A program made the translations under genes and the position numbers. DNA of 64,000 nt from an uncultured Mycoplasmatota bacterium (GTDB lineage: Bacteria > Bacillota_I > Bacilli_A > RF39 > UBA660). The DNA is taken from assembly GCA_947643405.1 (NCBI GenBank), contig CANRVY010000005.1, forward strand, positions 103-64,102. The letters are read 5' to 3'. Below the pieces are notes generated by a model. It was not told where the DNA came from. It searched no databases and saw nothing but the letters and a program-made list of their open reading frames with translations. Each line of letters opens with the position of its first letter. Positions within the stretch are counted from its first letter, which is position 1. Positions 58,679 to 64,000 of this stretch are shown in pieces.

Positions 58679-61303
58679 TTATTCTGTTCTAAGTGCAATG
58701 ACTGGGTCTTTTTTACTAGCAATCTTAGATGGTATTAAACCAGCTACTACAGTTAAGCCCATACTAATTACAATCAAAACAATAGCTGCTACAACAGGAA
58801 CTGCAGTTACAATACTAACATTTGTAAGTTGATAAATCATGTAGTTTATTGGCAATGTCAGTAAAACGGTAATGATAATTCCAAGCACTCCTGAAATAAG
58901 TCCAACAATTAAAGTTTCTGCATTAAAGACTCTAGAAATATCTTTTTTACTAGCTCCAATTGCTCTTAAAATTCCAATTTCTTTGGTTCTTTCTAATACT
59001 GAAATATAAGTAATAATTCCAATCATAATAGATGAAACAATTAAAGAAATAGCAACGAATGCAATCAGAACATAGCTGATAATATCTATAATTTGACTGA
59101 CTGATTTTAACATAATTCCTACAATATCTGTATAGTTAATTATATTTTCTTCTTTTCCATTTTTCTTTTGAATATCATTATATTCTGCAATTGCATTTGA
59201 AATAGAATCTTTTGATTCAAAATCTTTTGGATAGATATAAATCCCTGTTGGGCTATCTAAGTTTATTGCTCCCAACTTGATTAAGTTTTTATCATAACTG
59301 GCATTTTTATTTTCTGTATAAGCTTCCATTATCTTTGCAATTTCCTCAGCACTTAAATTACTTAATGCATATTTTTGCTCTGCAGTTAAAGAATTAAAAT
59401 CAAAGTTTGTATTTTCATTTTCCTTTGGAAATTCTAGTCCAGAGAAAATATTAATGTTTGGATTTTTCATTTGTTCTTTTACAACTTCTGACTCATTTGA
59501 TTTTTGTATGACATATTCTTTTAATTCTTTTAAATAACCTACTCCACCTGTCATTCCTTGTGCCAGAGTCTCTTCATTTTGTCTAATAATTCCAACTACT
59601 TTTATTTCTTCGGCTGCTTCTATTTTCTGTTTCATATATTCCTCATCATCGCTTTTATTCATCCAGATTCCATTCTCATATTTGTAATAATCAGTGTTTA
59701 ATAAAAGTTTATAAGATAGATTTAGAAGTTCCTCATAAGTGTAAGAGGTTGCTTTTGTTTCTTCTAATTTTTCCCCTTTCATTGCTGCTTTCATTTTTGC
59801 TTCTAATTCTTTTTGGTCTTTTAGTCCTAATGCATATAATGTATAATCACTAATTTCATTGTTTTTTCCAACAATCAAAACCACTTCATTATAGTTAGTC
59901 GGCCATGAGCCTGCTAATAAATCGTACTGTGATTTTAATAGTGTTTCATTATCTAACATTTCTGTAAATACATCAGCATCATTCATAGAACTTCCCATAA
60001 AGTTAGAAAACATAGAATCATCTGTTGCTTCCATCATTTCTCCCATTCCCATAGCATTCATAACAGTACTTGGGTTTACTCTTACAATTCCGTTACTTGT
60101 ATCTTTTTTATAAAGCTGTAAATTCAAATTATATAAATATTGAATTGCTGAGCTATTTTCTTTGATAGAACGATTTTCTTCTATATATTTTTTTAATTCT
60201 TTCAAATTATTCGTTTCCATCTTATTAGAAAGCGTTGTTAAAAGATGATTCATAATATCAGCAGAATAGATTTTGCCATCTTCCTTTTCTTCTATCTTAC
60301 TATCTTTATTCCCCATCATAGCTTCAAGCATACTAGACATATCAATTGTAGATTCCTCTATCATAATTGGATAGGAAGAAATGGTGTCTTTTTCTACTTT
60401 ATCAATGTAGTTTTGAACGCCTGTTGATATCGCCAAAATAAGAGCAATTCCAATAATTCCAATACTTCCTGCAAAAGAAGTTAAAATGGTTCTTCCTTTT
60501 TTGGTCATTAAATTGTTCAAACTTAAACGAAAAGCTGTGAAAAAATTCATAGAAGTTCTTTTCATTGTCTCTATTTTTGGGCTTTCCTTTTCTTCTTTTT
60601 CAATTGGATTCGAGTCATCTGTAATTTTTCCATCTAAAATTTTAATAATTCTACTAGAATAGCTTTCTGCTAAATCAGGATTATGTGTAACCATAATAAT
60701 TAATTTATTCTTTGAAATCTCTTTTAGAATTTCCATTACCTGAACGCTTGTCTTTGTGTCCAAAGCACCAGTTGGTTCATCTGCTAAGATGATATCAGGA
60801 TTATTAACAAGTGCTCTTGCAATTGCAACCCTCTGCATCTGACCACCTGATAATTGATTCGGTCTTTTATGAATTTGGTCTTTTAGTCCTACTGATTTTA
60901 ACGCATCTATCGCTCTTTTTCTTCGTTCTTTTTTAGATACTCCAGAAATAGTAAGCGCAAGTTCTACATTGGAAAGTACAGTCTGGTGCCCAATTAAGTT
61001 ATAACTTTGAAAAACAAAGCCAATAGAATAATTTCTATAAGCATCCCAATCTCGATTCTTAAAACTTTTTGTCGATTTTCCATTGATAATTAAGTCCCCA
61101 CTTGTATAGCGGTCTAACCCACCTATGATATTTAATAAAGTTGTTTTCCCACATCCACTAGGTCCTAAAATTGAAACAAATTCAGAATCTCTAAACTCGA
61201 TATCAATCCCTTTTAAAGCTTTTACTTGTTCTTCTCCTGATGTATAGGTTTTTTTTATATTCTTTAATTTTAACATAGCATTCTCCTTTATGTTTTTGAG
61301 CAC
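58679..61303 (-). CDS. MacB-like ABC transporter, fused ATP-binding + FtsX-type permease
   Basis: N-terminal ATPase (GPSGCGKTTLLN, LSGGQMQRVAIARA, ILADEPTGALD). Large periplasmic domain and a C-terminal four-TM FtsX domain. Confidence 0.8.
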   Translation of the reverse strand: MLKNIKENAMLKLKNIKKTYTSGEEQVKALKGIDIEFRDSEFVSILGPSGCGKTTLLNIIGGLDRYTSGDLIINGKSTKSFKNRDWDAYRNYSIGFVFQSYNLIGHQTVLSNVELALTISGVSKKERRKRAIDALKSVGLKDQIHKRPNQLSGGQMQRVAIARALVNNPDIILADEPTGALDTKTSVQVMEILKEISKNKLIIMVTHNPDLAESYSSRIIKILDGKITDDSNPIEKEEKESPKIETMKRTSMNFFTAFRLSLNNLMTKKGRTILTSFAGSIGIIGIALILAISTGVQNYIDKVEKDTISSYPIMIEESTIDMSSMLEAMMGNKDSKIEEKEDGKIYSADIMNHLLTTLSNKMETNNLKELKKYIEENRSIKENSSAIQYLYNLNLQLYKKDTSNGIVRVNPSTVMNAMGMGEMMEATDDSMFSNFMGSSMNDADVFTEMLDNETLLKSQYDLLAGSWPTNYNEVVLIVGKNNEISDYTLYALGLKDQKELEAKMKAAMKGEKLEETKATSYTYEELLNLSYKLLLNTDYYKYENGIWMNKSDDEEYMKQKIEAAEEIKVVGIIRQNEETLAQGMTGGVGYLKELKEYVIQKSNESEVVKEQMKNPNINIFSGLEFPKENENTNFDFNSLTAEQKYALSNLSAEEIAKIMEAYTENKNASYDKNLIKLGAINLDSPTGIYIYPKDFESKDSISNAIAEYNDIQKKNGKEENIINYTDIVGIMLKSVSQIIDIISYVLIAFVAISLIVSSIMIGIITYISVLERTKEIGILRAIGASKKDISRVFNAETLIVGLISGVLGIIITVLLTLPINYMIYQLTNVSIVTAVPVVAAIVLIVISMGLTVVAGLIPSKIASKKDPVIALRTE

Positions 61304-61451
61304 TTTTTATTGGCACTACTAAGCATATTAACATTTTATTTTTTTTATGTCAAACTGCGTTTTTACATTTATTTTTTTCTACACATTCTTTCGATTTATT
61401 TTTATTAAATGAAGCTTTATTAGAAAAGTAAATATCATTTATATTAATTTA

Positions 61452-61468
61452 TCTCAACACTGTTGAGA
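61452..61468. promoter_or_regulatory. Inverted repeat TCTCAACA-c-TGTTGAGA upstream of the MacB-like gene (candidate operator)
   Basis: Perfect 8-bp arms. Shares the TCAACA-n-TGTTGA core with the palindrome at 62554-62574. Confidence 0.4.
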
Positions 61469-61703
61469 CAATTTCAGGACATTCATTATAATTTTTTCAA
61501 ATACAATAGCTTTTCTACCATTTTTCATACTCCTTTTTTACAATAACCTGTAAATACAGGTATCATATAATGTATTTACTAGCATGTCAAAAGAAGAAAA
61601 TGTTAAATCCAGATCAAAAAGAAAACAGATTTTAAAAATCTGTTAGAGAAATTTACCATTTCTGATACTTTTTTATGTCTTTTTTATAACTTTCAAAGTT
61701 CTA

Positions 61704-62414
61704 TTATTTGCAATAATTGATTAATTCTTCTATCGTCCTGTTTTCATTTTTAGAAACAACCCAATATTCGTTATCTTCATCAAAATTACACCGATATACA
61801 TCATAAAACAAAGTATCATAATAAATGACATTTCCAACTGTTGTTGTAGATATTCGAAACATTGGTGCTTCATCGTGCATTTTGACATTCATATAATCAG
61901 TTATTAACAAAACACTCAAAGAACTAATAAACACTGCGACACTCAAAAGAACACGTTTCGTCCATTTTATTCCATTTGTTACTCGTATAATGCCTATCAT
62001 AAATATGATAATTCCAAATATAGAGTAAATTGAACCCCAGCTGCTTTCACTAGGAAAAATCATTACTGCAGATAAAGAAATAAAAAGTCCAAATATGATT
62101 ATCACTAAAGAAATTGCTTTACTATATTTATTGAATTTCTTTGTAGAATAATCAATGGTATTCACTATATTTTCTTCAAACTTTTCTTGATAATTTTCTT
62201 TTTCAATTTTTTCACCACTCATCAAATCATTAATGGTAATATCCAAAATATTACATAATGGTTTAAATAATGACAAGTCTGGCATGTTTTTTCCGTTTTC
62301 CCAATTACTAACTGATCGGTCAGTAACCCCTAATTGTTCCGCTAAATCCTGCTGTGTAAGCTTCTTTTCTTTTCTACATTTGGCAATAAATTTTCCAATA
62401 CGTTCTTGATTCAT
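61704..62414 (-). CDS. XRE-family HTH transcriptional regulator with C-terminal transmembrane domain
   Basis: HTH LTQQDLAEQLGVTDRSVSNWENGKNMPD, followed by three TM segments. Confidence 0.75.
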   Translation of the reverse strand: MNQERIGKFIAKCRKEKKLTQQDLAEQLGVTDRSVSNWENGKNMPDLSLFKPLCNILDITINDLMSGEKIEKENYQEKFEENIVNTIDYSTKKFNKYSKAISLVIIIFGLFISLSAVMIFPSESSWGSIYSIFGIIIFMIGIIRVTNGIKWTKRVLLSVAVFISSLSVLLITDYMNVKMHDEAPMFRISTTTVGNVIYYDTLFYDVYRCNFDEDNEYWVVSKNENRTIEELINYCK

Positions 62415-62553
62415 AATCCTTCCCCTTTCACATCTCCATCATACAATAAAAGTGTGAATTCTAACACGAAGCATTCCTTGAGTTTTACATAATTTATTAT
62501 TTATTTGTTTAAAAATGAGTATTTGTTCTAATTATTTTTTATTCTGAAAAATT

Positions 62554-62574
62554 TGTGTCAACATTGTTGACACA
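62554..62574. promoter_or_regulatory. Inverted repeat TGTGTCAACA-t-TGTTGACACA in the promoter region of the XRE regulator (candidate autoregulatory operator)
   Basis: Perfect 10-bp arms with a 1-nt spacer, read directly. Confidence 0.45.
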
Positions 62575-62584
62575 ATTAAATATT

Positions 62585-64000
62585 TTATTGTTTTAAATAA
62601 TATTCCTCAAATTCTTTAAATTCTTCATCTACTAGAAGAATTCTTACCACACAATTTTTTGATTTTAACATCTGACATAATTCTTCTACTGTTTTCGTTA
62701 ATAATTCATTAGAATATTTATTAGCATCGTTATTTCTATCCGCTTTGATATCAATAATTTTTCTATTATCAATATTACATTTTACAACTTTATCTAGTGC
62801 ATTCTTATCATAGATTTCACTGATTTTTTTCATAACAGATTCTTTCGATAAAGCTTCATTATTTGTATTTTTCTCATAAATACAAACAATATCATAATAG
62901 AATTTTCTATCTAATTTTACCTTTTGCCTTTGTCCTTTTAAGGTAACATTACGAACGCTGATTCTTTCTTCAAACTCTTTCAAAATAATATCATGACTAA
63001 TATTAAGACAAGAATATAAATCAATTAAATGCTTATGAATGCCATTCGTATCTGATATTACACCTGTCCCATATTTGATTTCTATCAAATGAAGTGTTTT
63101 TTCATCTACTACCACATTATCAATTCGTCCTTTGATATTGCTTCTAGTTCTCATTTCTTCATCTTCGTCTGTTTCTTTTCTATCTTTTCCAGCATAAATA
63201 ACATATTCTAACTCGAAAGGAATCGTATTTTTTGAATATAAAAGTTCTTTTTTTCCTTCCTTTGTTTGATAAAAAATCTCTTCTTTCTTTTCTTTATTTA
63301 AGAGTACCATAAAATCCTGTTGTTTTTGTTTTTCTTGATTTGTCTCTGATTTTGAATTTTTATAATCATTTTTTCTATTTTGATCTTCCTCAATATAAAC
63401 ATCTATTCTACGTTTTAAAACCGCTTCTATTTTATCAAAAGAAATAGATGCTACCTTTAGTTTGCTTTTTACACCAATTTCTACTTTTTTTAATTCTTTA
63501 TTTTGTAAAGTTACTTCTAATAAGAGAAGCATTAAATAGTATAATTCAGAAAGAGAGAATTTAGTTTTTCTAAGAAATAATAGAATTTTATTTTTCGCGT
63601 TATTTAATGTAATATCAGTAAAATAAGAAATCATTTTTGTTTTCTTTAACTGTTCTACTACCATGTTCATAAGCTCTTCTTTGGTGTGAGTGAGAGTTCC
63701 ATTTGAAAACTCTATATTTAGTTTTTGTCCTTTGATGATTTCTCCTCTTGCTTCACTTCCAATAGAAAACTCAAAATAAGATTCGATGTTCTTCATGTCT
63801 TTTTCTACTGAACTAGGAATTTTACTAAAATATTCTATTAATTCTTTTCCTTCAAATACATTGGTGCTATTTGGTACAAAAACAGCTGTATTAATAGTTA
63901 AATTTCCTTTATATAATTCCATCATTTTAATGCCATGGTAATAAACTTTTATGTTTATTTTTCCCTTTTCTTTTCGAACTCGTAAATAATATCCCTCATG
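62585..64000 (-). CDS. Hypothetical protein, partial. The frame stays open upstream of the annotated Met to the window edge. The C-terminal half has a possible D...ExK nuclease-like motif.
   Basis: Minus-strand frame ...HEGYYLRVRKEKGKINIKVYYHGIKMMELYK has no stop before position 64000. IDNVVVDEKTLHLIEIKYG resembles a PD-(D/E)XK core, which is weak evidence. Confidence 0.4.
   Translation of the reverse strand, partial: HEGYYLRVRKEKGKINIKVYYHGIKMMELYKGNLTINTAVFVPNSTNVFEGKELIEYFSKIPSSVEKDMKNIESYFEFSIGSEARGEIIKGQKLNIEFSNGTLTHTKEELMNMVVEQLKKTKMISYFTDITLNNAKNKILLFLRKTKFSLSELYYLMLLLLEVTLQNKELKKVEIGVKSKLKVASISFDKIEAVLKRRIDVYIEEDQNRKNDYKNSKSETNQEKQKQQDFMVLLNKEKKEEIFYQTKEGKKELLYSKNTIPFELEYVIYAGKDRKETDEDEEMRTRSNIKGRIDNVVVDEKTLHLIEIKYGTGVISDTNGIHKHLIDLYSCLNISHDIILKEFEERISVRNVTLKGQRQKVKLDRKFYYDIVCIYEKNTNNEALSKESVMKKISEIYDKNALDKVVKCNIDNRKIIDIKADRNNDANKYSNELLTKTVEELCQMLKSKNCVVRILLVDEEFKEFEEYYLKQ

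Noticed and set aside
1-64000. Search for CRISPR arrays, rRNA and tRNA genes
   Set aside because: No regularly spaced short direct repeats and no rRNA- or tRNA-like conserved blocks were seen. The only repeats are the roughly 390-bp sRNA/peptide modules and the Ig-like coding repeats in the pilin.

Overview
This is an AT-rich (roughly 28-30% GC) chromosomal window from a low-GC Firmicute, probably Erysipelotrichia- or Clostridia-like. Almost all genes are on the minus strand. Recognisable housekeeping genes include murC, glyQS and pheST (each aminoacyl-tRNA synthetase gene preceded by a T-box leader), the recO-era-cdd-dgkA-ybeY cluster with yqfC/yqfD sporulation remnants, murT-gatD, fhs and a dacA-like gene. 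Accessory content includes a partial modular type IV pilin with Ig-like repeats next to a radical-SAM/SPASM-MazG fusion gene, a Tad/Cpa-type pilus locus (tadE-like x2, tadZ, tadA, tadB, tadC), and a class-B sortase fused to a roughly 550-aa N-terminal domain beside an SPNTG-anchored substrate. There is also an Rpn-type nuclease/transposase, several ABC-transporter and regulator modules, and a repeated roughly 390-bp module (one dispersed copy, one tandem pair, one sRNA-only copy). Each full module carries a promoter, a structured small RNA with a terminator, and a convergent 22-aa hydrophobic peptide ORF, which looks like a type I toxin-antitoxin element. Several palindromic operator candidates and an unclassified terminator-containing leader are also noted. 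All calls are from reading the sequence; no database searches were run.
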